DNA from: Parasitella parasitica NRRL 2501
Lineage: Eukaryota > Fungi > Mucoromycota
NCBI GenBank assembly: GCA_025201805.1
Contig: MU619323.1
Location: 85,716-143,130, forward strand
Direction: 5' to 3'
DNA: 57,415 nucleotides
How positions within the stretch are numbered: position 1 is the first letter of the stretch; the number at the start of each line of letters is the position of its first letter. The translations under genes were made by a program, and so were the position numbers. Below the pieces are notes generated by a model, which saw only the letters and a program-made list of their open reading frames with translations, was not told where the DNA came from and did no database searches. Below, in pieces: positions 1-11,962 of the stretch.

Positions 1-964
1 GGTAGATATCCATTTTTATGTTTATGACACCATTTGGAAACTACTTGATAAAAAACTTTGTTCTAACTTCCAAATAGTATGCACCAAAAAGAAAGCAAAA
101 AGAAGATAAAGAAATCACAACAGTAAGTATCTCCCAAACTATTTATATGTCTTGATCAAGACTTTGGTGATGTGTGGCACTAATAAACACTGTTATTTAG
201 AAAGCAACAAAACGGCCAAACCAGCAACAGACCCGAAGTGAAAAGTTTAGAGTTTATAAGCAGAAGGTCATGAGGAAACAAATATATCAGAGCTTATGTA
301 AATATGTTGATGATTCATTTTTTTGTTGACAACACATAGCCAATATCATGCTCCTTACACCTTCTCAATTTTTTGGTAATGCATTTCATGTGATATCTTT
401 GATTTGCATTGATGCAAACAAAAATTGAATTGTAAAAATAAATAGTAAATATTATATTATCAGTTTGAGGATATACAGACTCTGTTAATAAATACCAAAT
501 ATACTTCACCGAATGTGGCCTTCTTAAACTATTCATGAATTGTATTTATTGTCCAGCAAATAAAGGAATAAAGCCTGTGTGTGGAGAAACTATGGTTTGT
601 TAAGTCTAGTTCTCACCGTAAAAAAGTATGCAATTATTTAAAAGTAGAAACTGACAAATCTGTTAATATTGCTTTAGGCGATTCATTCAGTCTTCCAGAA
701 AAGAAAGCTAAAAGAAGTTGTCATTCTATAATTCAACTACTAGGTTATATTAACTATTCTAAATATTATATTACATCTAACAGCGGAGTCGCTTCAGATC
801 GCACGAAGTAGATGTACGTTGGTTGTGCGTAATCCTTGAGACACAAGACGTAGAGCTTATTCGCCGGTTCAAATTATGCCTTGTTTCATTTCATTTCGCC
901 AACAATAACAATGTTATCTCGAGTTTCTCTTTTAGTTCGTCATTTACACAATTCAACAAATATC

Positions 965-1756
965 ATGACTACAGAAAAGGCTACTTTTGCTGCTGGATGC
1001 TTCTGGTAGGTCAAGTGCTCTTTTAAGTTTGGGATAAGCTGACGTAGAACTAGGGGTGTGGAGCATTTGTATGCAAAGCATTTTAAGCAATACGATATCA
1101 AGACCAAGGTTGGTTATATCGGTGGAAATACAGAAAATCCTGATTACAAAAAGGTATGTATCAATAGACATTAAAGAGGCATACAAGTTAATACTTTAAT
1201 GTATGCATTATTAGGTTTGCTCAGGATTAACCCAACATGCTGAAGCTCTGGAAATCAGTTTTGATCCCAACAGAGTTTCCTTTGAAACACTGGTTAAATT
1301 CTTTTACAGAATGCATGGTAAGAGAAAAAGATGGAAAAAAAAAGCAGCTTGTAGGCGTGAACAATAATATCTGTACGAAAACTAGATCCTACTACTGTCA
1401 ATGCACAAGGACCAGACAGAGGAACTCAGTACCGATCTGCAATTTTTTATCACTCTCCTGAACAAAAATTAACCGCAGAAAAAGTAACCAAAGAGGTTCA
1501 GGAAGAGCACTATAAAGGCAAAAAGATTGTTACAGAAATCATTCCTGCTGGGGTCTTTTATGATGCGGAAGCTTATCACCAGGTAAAAATGCGCGAATTT
1601 TGCATGTTCGAATGGCCGTTTAACTGGACTATTCAAATAGGAATATCTGGATAAGAATCCTGGAGGATACGAGGTAAGAATGCAACTATCATCATATCAC
1701 TTGAAGCAGTTGCTAATGCAAAATCCCAGTGCCCTACTCATTACTTGCGTTGGTAA
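965..1756 (+). CDS. msrA: Peptide-methionine (S)-S-oxide reductase MsrA (6 exons)
   Basis: Manual splicing gives MTTEKATFAAGCFWGVEH...VGYIGG...HAEALEISFDP...HDPTTVNAQGPDRGTQYRSAIF...FYDAEAYHQEYLDKNPGGYECPTHYLRW*. The GCFWG catalytic motif is present and the introns are GT-AG. Confidence 0.96.
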
Positions 1757-1843
1757 TTTGCTATTTGGGTGAGCACCATCGTCACGTATAAAAAAAAACC
1801 ATGTTTTGAATAAATCCACTCGTTTTCTTTTGCAAACTTCAAA

Positions 1844-3566
1844 ATGAGAACCATTTCACTTGTAAAAAGATTAAAATGGTCCTTTTCAGGCAACATGAAC
1901 CCGCATGCTTTGGTAATTGGGGATGTTGATAACGATAATGTAAAGTACTACTTGATGCGCTCACGCTTCTGTACGGAAAAAGTCGCCCAAGAAGCAACAA
2001 GTAGAGTCGTTAACCAGAATGATAGCGACACAAATAAATCAATCATCTCGAAACAAAATGAAAGAATGAACAGAAAAAAAAAAAAAAAAAAAAGGAAAAT
2101 GAATTTGTCATTGGCAACTTAAATGGCGACTTGGCCATCTTCAAAGGACAATGCGAAGATGGGTTTCCATCTTACATATGCCGTGGTTTGGGGACAGTAG
2201 GTGACTTGGGTATGACAATGCAGTGTCGCTTGTGTTGACTCCAACTTGCTTCCGATAGATTACTTGTATAGCAGTTGGGGATGTGCGGAATACAGGAAAA
2301 GTAGGTAACATGAAAGCTCACAATAGAAGCATTAAAAAGTAACCCGCACAAAGAACTCGGTTGTCATCATTAATGCTGAAGGACATGCCCATATATTCGA
2401 CATTCCACAAAAATCAAAAATCGCAGACAGCAGTGAGCATATATCAGTTGACGACTATCTTCGAGGAGGACGACGAACATCTGATTCAGCAAGTTTGCAA
2501 GCTTTTAGACGAGTGATGAGCAGCAATACAATGTTGAGCGCTTCTGATTCACCTCATCATCAGCAGCAGCAACAGCAACAGTTTAACAGCACAGCAAATT
2601 CACAACAAAAACCTCGAATTTACGATTTGGGAAAACCAAATTTAACGCTAAAAGTACCTGTAAATGTCAACAAGATCCTGATTGCCGACATAGACCATGA
2701 CCACCTGAATGAACTCATTCTAGCAAGGACTGATCGAATCTTGCACGCATTTCAACTTGTGCCATCCGATGTCTCTGCACCGTATGAACATGTATACAAG
2801 GGCATACAAACACCATCAGTTGCTTCCTTGTCACCATCTGCATCCACCATAAGCTTAACAGGATTATCAACGCACACAAAGCAACCGCCACAGCAACAGC
2901 AAAAGAGGCCCACGAATACTGCTGCTACAACGACCTCCACAACCACTAAAGATGAAAACAATAACAGGAAAATCAGTCTACTTGACAAAAACATGTGGGT
3001 GTTTGACGGACAAATCAGCTCATTGTGCACAACTACACATCCTGATCGGCCCAATGAACCGCTGCTACTCGTAGCCCAGCCAGGCAATACATTTACAATC
3101 ATAGATCAAGGTGGCAACCGGCTCAACCGCGATTTCACGCCACAAAATAGCAACAGTACTTCGTACGACACCCGAGACAGTTCGTCTGCAAAGATGTCAG
3201 CATCCAATTTAACCGTAGACACAAACACTTTGGCTTCGACAACCACCGCTGCCAAGCAGGATGAAGAAAGGATTGAATCGCTACTCCGCAGTCAAACAGA
3301 CGGTGATCTGCCGTATACCTTTGAAATATACCACGACCCATCGTTAGACAAGGCAGGAACCAACGACGGTTCAGGCACACACTTTGAGAGATCCAATTAC
3401 GTGGTAAAGAATTGGCCAGTATTGGATGGACTAGGCAACAATAACGAAGATGTGATTGATGACGAAGTGGAAAGTGGAGCAGTTGCGACGGAAATAGTCA
3501 TTGGGAAACGGCATTTACTGGGGGATTCGTTCTCTAGTAGTGAAGTCGGGATGCTGAGCATGGATG

Positions 3567-3601
<35 letters not shown>

Positions 3602-5249
3602 GTGTGCATCAAACGTCCATTTTTTTTAAATACATTGTACACAGGCAAGTTTTCAATATACGACCTCAAGACCCAAACGACATCACAGAGAGATTTATTT
3701 GTAACGCACAAATTGTTCAGTTTAGCAACCTTGGACCTGTCAGCTTCGTCAAGGCTTCCTAGTGGTAACAGCAAGACAGATGACGCCTTTGTAAGTAGCT
3801 CGGCCAACCGTTACCACAATGGTACACACACACCCGTGAGTAGTACATCCCATCTTCGATTTTCTTCTGCTACACCAAGAAATGGATCATTACACGAAGG
3901 GTCTCGAACGTCATCCAAGCTGTCACTGAATGGCCTTGCGAATCGAAAGCAAGTGTTGAAAAACCAGCAAAAAGACGAAAACTCCAATGACGAGGAAGAC
4001 GAGATAGGAGACGAGGAAACCAGAGCAAAGTCGATTACTGTCAACAGCAGTGACAGCAGTGACAATATACAAAATTCCGATGCATCTTCAAGCCTTCTTT
4101 CGAGTGGGGATGAAGACGACAACAGCGATTATGAAAGCGTCCCATGGAGTGAAGGGAGTGACATTGAAGACGAAGAACCAGGCTGCGATTTGTTTGTGGC
4201 CTGTGCGTGGAACGGTGTCACATATCTTATCGATTGGAGTAAAAAGCTAGATAGTAATACGGATGAAAATGCAATCAAATACCAGCTGGTTAAGTTTGCG
4301 TTTGAAGGAAGAGTGTGCGCTTTCACAGCAGGACTTTACAGCGTAGAAAACCATGCCAACGTGCCGTGCCTATTCTATGTGGATTTTGAAGATCAAATTT
4401 ACGTCTATTACGATGTGCGCATTGCACCGGGGCCCGTAACTGGATTCATTGATGTAATTGATGACGATGTCGAAGAGGCGTTGGACAGAATCATGGGAAT
4501 CGAAAGCGGTATAGAATCTCTATTAAACAAGGAATCGGAACAACCGACTTCCAAGAACAATGCCACCGGCGATGATCCTAGTGGGGGAAGAATAGATTTA
4601 GGGGATGGCTGGGAGGGATTTACGGGTGGCGAAGATGAGGATGACGATATTATTGCAAGACATTCCAAAATAGACGATGATCCAATAAGTAATTTCTTTA
4701 TTGCGCACACCATTAAAATGTTACTCATATGGCATCTTAATTAGATCTTGCTGATTTCATTCATGAGTGCCTATACGGATTCCAAGACATGAAAGATCGA
4801 ATGGAAAATGAGATGCTACAGGTGAGTTTTAATACTGCCGATATTATACCCTTTCTCTTGCTTGGGCTGCAATATACTCATTCAGGATAAACGTTTCTCT
4901 CTTGTAGTTTGAGCAAAGTAGGCTTTCAAACCGATTACCTCCGGGTGCAGATGCGCGACGGTTATCAGATCTGAACATTACCATCGAGCCTCCCGCGCTA
5001 GAAGAAAATGAAATGTCGCTCGAGAAACCATACCAACGTAAAGTGGCTCTAGCTCAGCCTGAAGGGCCCATTGGATTATACCCTACAAACAGCAACATCA
5101 GTGAGCAATCATCTGAAAGTTATGGCCGCAATGACAGCCATATAGCGTCATGGATTGAAGGATCTCTGATTAACTCGTCTATATTCAACCAGCAAGACTC
5201 TTCAGATGATGACGATGCTGATGATGACAGTGATGACATATCGTCTTGA
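1844..5249 (+). CDS. ITFG2: ITFG2-like KICSTOR complex subunit (FG-GAP repeat protein) with long low-complexity insertions; multi-exon
   Basis: The spliced N-terminus MRTISLVKRLKWSFSGNMNPHALVIGDVDNDN-ENEFVIGNLNGDLAIFKG...ITCIAVGDVRNTGKNSVVIINAEGHAHIFDI parallels animal ITFG2. Later blocks (IADIDHDHLNELIL, LFVACAWNGVTYLID, VCAFTAGLY, PCLFYVDF) also fit. Confidence 0.85.
3569..3600. repeat. (GT)n microsatellite within an ITFG2 intron
   Basis: About 15 GT units read directly after the gtat donor at 3567. Confidence 0.95.
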
Positions 5250-5435
5250 CAACTGTAGAATTTTATAAATGATTATTAATGTACAAAAAATTGAAATTGA
5301 AATGAAGAATAATAATAGCAAATGAAAGTATAATAGGAATGTGGGGGAGTCGGGTAATTTTTTGTTGCGGGTTTGTGTGTGGGTATTTTGTAGAACGTAT
5401 GACAAAAATACTAGGTATATAGGTATTATTGTGCT

Positions 5436-6386
5436 CTATTGCTTGTATTTTCCAGTCCACATTTGCACGCCTTGTTCAGCGAAAAGATCAACAATACCGC
5501 TATAATAGCCACCAACAGAAGCACAAATACAGGCAACACCACTTGCTTGCATCAGTGAAACAATGCCGGTCAAATTATAGCAGGCTTCTAGAAACAAATT
5601 CAAGAAAATAAAGAACAGGCACCAAGACAAGAGGAAACTGCCATTCTTGATCTTGAGCGAAATGCCACAGACCATCAGTCCGAAAAAAGACCACAGAAAC
5701 AGGTAGATGGCAGTAGTAGTGGCCTCTTCGTGATTGATAGCGTAAACATCCAACGACTGACCAACAGACGGGACCATCATCATGCCTGAGCCTAGCCAGT
5801 AAGCACCAAATGTGACAAATAAGGTACCATTAAAGCTATCACCACCAATCAGGACGAGAAAGCCGGCCAAGAATTGGGCTAGACCGCCGTACATCAAGGC
5901 GGTAGGTAACATTAAATGGTTTGAGCCAGTCGGCAAAACCAATTTGTGCAATGCCATGAGCATGGTGACAGTTGCAAATCCCCATGTAGCTGTAAAAAAG
6001 TTAGAGGTTACATGTTACACTTGACAGTGGTATGAATTTCATTTACCAATGATAGCAGGATTTCCCATTCCAAAAGGCCTCATCGTGGACTGATTGGCAG
6101 AAGAAATAATAGAGCTATTTTTCGCGGTGTCGTCGCCTGCCAGTTTCTCGACATCGTAGTAATTATGATGTGTGGTCGTCTTTTCAACGCAAATGATGCT
6201 ATCTGCCGAGAGGTTATTATTGCTATTCTTTATTAATTGGTGTTGGATAGAAGAGAAATCTGTCAATGTGTTTTGACTGTCAACAATAGGAAATTCACTG
6301 GGACGCTGAGAAAGAGGAGGAGCTGCCTTAGTGGTAGTAAATACATTTGCTGTACTTGTAGCCATTGTAGCAACAGTATTAGACAT
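5436..6386 (-). CDS. GPR1/FUN34/YaaH (AceTr/Ato) acetate transporter family protein, 2 exons
   Basis: ATG at 6386, intron 6046-5990. Contains NPAIIATWGF, YGGLAQFLAG and FNGTLFVTFGAYW, with about 6 hydrophobic helices. Confidence 0.9.
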
Positions 6387-8250
6387 TGGAAATTTCACTC
6401 AAAGAATAGCAGGGAAAGAGATAAGATTACAGGAACGGATTCCCCACATTAGTGAGTGGTTTATATATGATTGTCGCAAGTAATACAAAGTTAGAAATAT
6501 ATATTATTTCCCTGAAAGACTGGACTCCAACCGAAAGAGCTATATTTTACCACGATGCTTTATAAATAAACCAGCAAAACATGGATGAACTATTTCCATC
6601 TCTTACTCTTTCTATTTGCTGCTCTTCATATTTCAATGATCGACATTGTGTTTTGGAATTATACACTTTCACATTTTTGTTTGTGATCTTTTTACTGGGA
6701 TGGGGGACAACCTTGATGAACAGGAAGATTGGCTGTGGCTTTTTTTTTTTGTCCAAGATAAATTTTTTTTTTTCTTCAATCCATTTTGTAATACATTAAC
6801 CTCTTTGATTCAAGCATTTCAGACATTTGAAAAGACTAAGCAGTCGTTTTTTTCTCTAGTCACTGCAAGAAGGCTTATGCCTCGTCTGATCGAAGAAAGT
6901 ATAAAAGGTGGCCAAAAGTTGGCAAATGTGCTGTTTCTTTACCAATCAGTAGGAAAATGATCTGTTAGCAGATGCTACGGCACTGCAACATTTATATTTT
7001 TCAGATGATGAAAACGGGTATTCGGATGAATTCGTCAGTTGATTACAACGCGCCCTGGTAGAAATACCTTTCTGATCTAATACTGAGCCATCTTATACAC
7101 AATGAAAATGGAAATAAAAAACTAATTGCCTTTACAAATCATAAATTTTTTATGTCAGGAAAAGGAAACTTGTAACAGCATCTTCTCCAAAGAGATGGCC
7201 AATGTTGTACCAATGAACATATCATTTGCTTTTTGTGGTTTTGTATGCTGTGTTTAATCTTTTGAGTGTGTGAGTGTGTCGACATATGCCTTCTGAGCGT
7301 GCATGTGTGTTTATGTGTGGTGCAAATCTATGTAAAAATTCTTTTTTCTTCCATTTCCTTTTCTTTCTTTGACCTTGGTTCTTTTCTTTTTTTTTNNNNN
7401 NNNNNNNNNNNNNNNNNNNNNNNNNNNNNNNNNNNNNNNNNNNNNNNNNNNNNNNNNNNNNNNNNNNNNNNNNNNNNNNNNNNNNNNNNNNNNNNNNNNN
7501 NNNNNNNNNNNNNNNNNNNNNNNNNNNNNNNNNNNNNNNNNNNNNNNNNNNNNNNNNNNNNNNNNNNNNNNNNNNNNNNNNNNNNNNNNNNNNNNNNNNN
7601 NNNNNNNNNNNNNNNNNNNNNNNNNNNNNNNNNNNNNNNNNNNNNNNNNNNNNNNNNNNNNNNNNNNNNNNNNNNNNNNNNNNNNNNNNNNNNNNNNNNN
7701 NNNNNNNNNNNNNNNNNNNNNNNNNNNNNNNNNNNNNNNNNNNNNNNNNNNNNNNNNNNNNNNNNNNNNNNNNNNNNNNNNNNNNNNNNNNNNNNNNNNN
7801 NNNNNNNNNNNNNNNNNNNNNNNNNNNNNNNNNNNNNNNNNNNNNNNNNNNNNNNNNNNNNNNNNNNNNNNNNNNNNNNNNNNNNNNNNNNNNNNNNNNN
7901 NNNNNNNNNNNNNNNNNNNNNNNNNNNNNNNNNNNNNNNNNNNNNNNNNNNNNNNNNNNNNNNNNNNNNNNNNNNNNNNNNNNNNNNNNNNNNNNNNNNN
8001 NNNNNNNNNNNNNNNNNNNNNNNNNNNNNNNNNNNNNNNNNNNNNNNNNNNNNNNNNNNNNNNNNNNNNNNNNNNNNNNNNNNNNNNNNNNNNNNNNNNN
8101 NNNNNNNNNNNNNNNNNNNNNNNNNNNNNNNNNNNNNNNNNNNNNNNNNNNNNNNNNNNNNNNNNNNNNNNNNNNNNNNNNNNNNNNNNNNNNNNNNNNN
8201 NNNNNNNNNNNNNNNNNNNNNNNNNNNNNNNNNNNNNNNNNNNNNNNNNN

Positions 8251-9188
8251 TTTTTCGTAGAAACTACTTAGCACCTGTCAGTGATGTTTTGAGAAAAGGA
8301 GGTCGTGTGCTAGACATTGGTTGTGGCCCGGGCTCATGGTCTATGGAAATTGCTGGCGAATACCCAAAATCAACTGTTATTGGAGTGGATATAACCCCAA
8401 TTTATCCTCGAGATATCAAGCCAGCCAACTGCGCCTTTTATCAATGCAACATCCTCAATACTTTACCATTTGAAGACGGTACATTTGATTATGTATTCAT
8501 GAGGTACGTATATATATATGTATATATATGTGTGTGTATATTGACAACCTTGTCAAACAACTCTTGTTTATGTGATCTAATTAATTTCCTTTATTAGGTT
8601 CATGGGCCAAGGTGTTGAATCCGATAAATGGCCTGAACTACTGGCAGAGCTTTTACGCGTATTGAAACCGAATGGTTGGATTGAATGGATTGAAGCAGAT
8701 ATCAAGATCCATCGCCCTGGTCCTGTTACCTTGGAATTTAATCAGAAATTGATGGATTTGATGACAAAAAATAACCAAGATTCGCATATTGGAAGAAATT
8801 TGAAATCGAGATTGCTCGAGATGAATAAATTGACAAATATATCGACTACGTTTGTATCTTGTCCAGGTGGGCATTGGGCAGGAAAGGTAAATTTGGAGCG
8901 TTACTCTAATATGCAGCATAAACTTACACAACCTTCTATTAGTTGGGGCAGTTAACAATGCAATCCTGGAAAGCGTACGCTCAAGCTTTACGTCCGTTAA
9001 TGTGCCAATCTTGGGGGATATCACCTATGGAGTACGACGAAAAATTAAAGGAATGTTGGAGAGAAGCAGATGAGTACAAGACATTTGAAAATGTTCATTT
9101 CTCCTATGCACAGAAACAACCAGCCCCCTATCCTTCCGCTACAACAAGCTCCTCAGTTGCGTCTTCCTTGAAAGGCGGAAGATTTTGA
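8251..9188 (+). CDS. Class I SAM-dependent methyltransferase (LaeA-like); 5' part lies in the assembly gap
   Basis: Motifs VLDIGCGPGSW, VIGVDI, LPFEDGTFDYVFMR and ELLRVLKPNGWIEWIE; two GT-AG introns are visible. Confidence 0.9.
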
Positions 9189-9785
9189 TCCATTTGAATA
9201 CATCTAAAATTTTACTATAACAATCTAATGATTCTTATTATCATTAAAGACTTGAAGATACTTAATTTTTGAGTGATTCACATGCGATTACATTGTCTTT
9301 ACTTTGTACAAATAGCGATAATTAAGTTTGCATTTATGTACTTTTTTCTAAAATAGAAGAAACTTAACGAGCTTTGTCGATGTACATGATGCGATTATTA
9401 TAAAAAAATGAACAAAACACCCAAGCACAATAGCCAAGAATGAATTGTTGAACAAGCCTGGACATCTTTAGCTATAACAGCGCACCAAACCCTCTTTTTG
9501 TTTTGGCACAAATTATGAACATCCAATTCATGTTTAAAAATGGTAAAGGTGCTGAACCAATCGATTTACATTGTTGACGAGGAGCAGCCTCTCAGAGCAA
9601 GTCGAACGGAGAAGCTAATTTTACAAAATTTTACAAAATACCTCTCCAACGGATCAGGTAAATAGGGTGCAAGAGGTAAAATAAGATTGCCAGGAAGCCA
9701 AATTTGGCCGTCATGTTGAAATTTATCTTGGCTCCTGGTTTGTATAATCACATTTAATTACTTTCGAACCAAGATTTATATCAAA

Positions 9786-10668
9786 ATGTCTATTGAAAAC
9801 AACGATTTAAATGACGATTTACAAGAATCAGGTCGCTTGATTTCAGATCAAGAAAACGAAGTGTCCATTGTTGCCTCCTCTTCTAGTAGAAAAGGCAAAG
9901 CAAAGGAAAAATTTGAAGATAAGCAACTATGCAAATCATGGTTGTTTATTTCTATCGATCCAATTGTCGGCAATAGCCAAAATGAAAGTACTAAGTGGAA
10001 GCGTATCTTCAACCATTATCAAGAACAAATTCCAGATACCGCAAGAAGCACCACTTCGTTGGAGTCTCGTTGGGGTGATATTTCGAAGCATATCTCAAAG
10101 TATTGCGGGTTCTTGGCCCAGTGTAGCCAATATCCCAGAAGTAGAGAGATTGAAGAGGATGTTGTAAGTATTCTATACAGTATAAACGGGATCAACTAGT
10201 AATTTCTTTTTTCTGCAATAGCAAAATAGAGCATCAGAACTTTATGTCAACGAGCTCAAAAAGCCATTTGACTTGATGCACTGTTACAAGATCCTTTCTA
10301 AATTTCCAAAGTGGAGTGATCCTGTGAGTGCTTACTCACAACGGGCCACTCGTCGGTCGAATGCTGCTGCAGCATCTCGACCCACTTCCAATGAAGTTGC
10401 TGCCGAGGAGATTGGCGAAGACGTTGATGATGCTTTCCAACGTCCTGAAGGGCGTAAGCAGGCCAAAGATAGGAGAAAGCAGAAGCGTCGCTTGGAAGAG
10501 ATATATGAGGAGCTGGCATCTTGTCAACGTTTGTTGCTTGAGAATCAAGAAAAACGATCCAAGCAAACAGAAGATTTCATTGAATTTGAAAAGGAAAAAT
10601 TCAAAATCATGATGGAATTCAAGAGGATGAAATATTCCAAGGAAAAAGACAACAATGACATTCAATAA
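9786..10668 (+). CDS. Harbinger Myb/SANT-like DNA-binding protein with NAM-associated C-terminus (intron 10164-10221)
   Basis: Motifs EDKQLCKSWLFISIDPIVGNSQ, WKRIF, RSTTSLESRWGDI, PFDLMHCYKILSKFPKW and RPEGRKQAK. The intron is phase 0 and the spliced frame stays open. Confidence 0.85.
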
Positions 10669-10744
10669 AAATCAATGATTCATTTTGTTCAAATATTGTT
10701 AGTTATATGTTAATGTAAATTTAATTTATTACAACTATACAGTT

Positions 10745-11590
10745 TTATTTCCTTATTGATTCCCATGATTTTCCAAAGATGATCAATAATATCTTTTTGA
10801 AGACAAATATGGATACCAGCATTTCTGATACGACCGTATTTAGAAACATAGTCTCTGGGCGCATTGCTTTTGGTAGGCGGCACCCTTCCAGTCTTTGAAG
10901 CAGGGCCGGCAACAATGTTCCACCGAGCTTGTAGAACACCAAAGGCACTTTCGACATCTTTGCGGTAATTCTCATGAGTTTTGGTGAACAACTAGGCATA
11001 CATAATTAATATTTGAGTATGTATTAGTTTGGATTATGTACACATGTGTGTTATAATTACTTTTTCTTTCTGAGTAAAATGCTCAGCAATGGCAGAAATC
11101 AAAGTAACATAGTTTAGGTAAATTTCATCTACCAAATAGTATCCAAACTCGTAATGGTGGCCATTGACTCCGAAGCTAGTAGAAAAACCTACGCCATTCT
11201 GTGCAGATGCAAACAAAGGAGAACGATCGAGGACATTAATGTCATTAAGAGTACCTCGGAGGCCAAAAAAGCATGCCAGATCATAAATAATAAGAAGCAA
11301 CAGCTTCCAGGATTACGGTGGCGACTTTCTCCTTGCCACAGTAGGCCCCATGCCATGCATTTGGACAATTCTTCCACGTCAAATGCATACAATCCAAAGA
11401 TACAAGCATCTCTTTTTTGGACGAAATATTCACCAAATTCTTCAATGTCTCTCCAGATCTTGACAAATAAGTTTTTCCTCACACCGAAAAGACGTATGAA
11501 GTTGTCAGCATATGCAGCACTATCTATAAAGTAATCATCCATGAGATTAGCTTCGCCAATGTGGCGACGGCGACCAATTTCATTGCGGTG
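10745..11590 (-). pseudogene. Harbinger (HARBI1/Plant_tran) transposase, frameshifted and 5'-truncated
   Basis: Motif pieces lie in different frames: LMDDYF, YFVQKRDA, SLDCMHLTWKNCPNAWHG, TVILEAVAS, NDINVLDRSPLF, GYYLVDEIY, RKDVESAFGVLQARW. Confidence 0.9.
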
Positions 11591-11634
11591 AGTATCGCTA
11601 TCTCTTCAGACACGGTTGGTTCCTTCCTTTAATT

Positions 11635-11962
11635 GCACTGAATTGACTTTCACTGACTTGATTATCATTGATCTGATTTTCACTGATTGATTTTCACTGA
11701 CTTGACTTTTACTAACTTGACTTTTACTTACTTGACTTTTACTTTACTGAGTTGACTTTTACTGATTTGACTTGTACTGAATTGACTTTCACAGAGTTGA
11801 CTTGACTTGACTTACACTGACTTGACTTGTACTGACTTCACTTACATTGGCTTGACTTTTATTCACTCGACTTGCACTGAATTGACTTGCACTGACTTGA
11901 CTTTTGCCTCTGACTTGACTTACACTGAGTTGAATTTTGATTTTTACCTCTGGCTTGACTTT
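11635..11962. repeat. Degenerate 15-bp minisatellite, consensus ACTGACTTGACTTTT, about 20 units
   Basis: Units such as actaacttgactttt, actgagttgactttt, actgatttgacttgt, actgaattgactttc and actgacttgacttgt are read directly. Confidence 0.9.

Larger units (their letters stand above)
9594..11600. mobile_element. PIF/Harbinger DNA transposon with two convergent ORFs; right end not found
   Basis: A Myb/SANT-like ORF (+) faces a Plant_tran-type DDE transposase (-). The candidate left end AGAGCAAGTCGAACGG...CTCCAACGG resembles Harbinger/Tourist termini. Confidence 0.8.

Noticed and set aside
1-560. Possible transposon/Fanzor-like coding debris
   Set aside because: Lys/Arg-rich fragments, but no diagnostic motif.
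7222-8597. Long ORFs spanning the N gap (likewise 21461-22667)
   Set aside because: Artefacts of translating Ns; only the parts after the gaps are supported.
11866-11880. CTCGACTTGCACTGA as the right TIR of the Harbinger element
   Set aside because: It matches the left end at 13/15 but is just one unit of the minisatellite, and the similarity does not extend.
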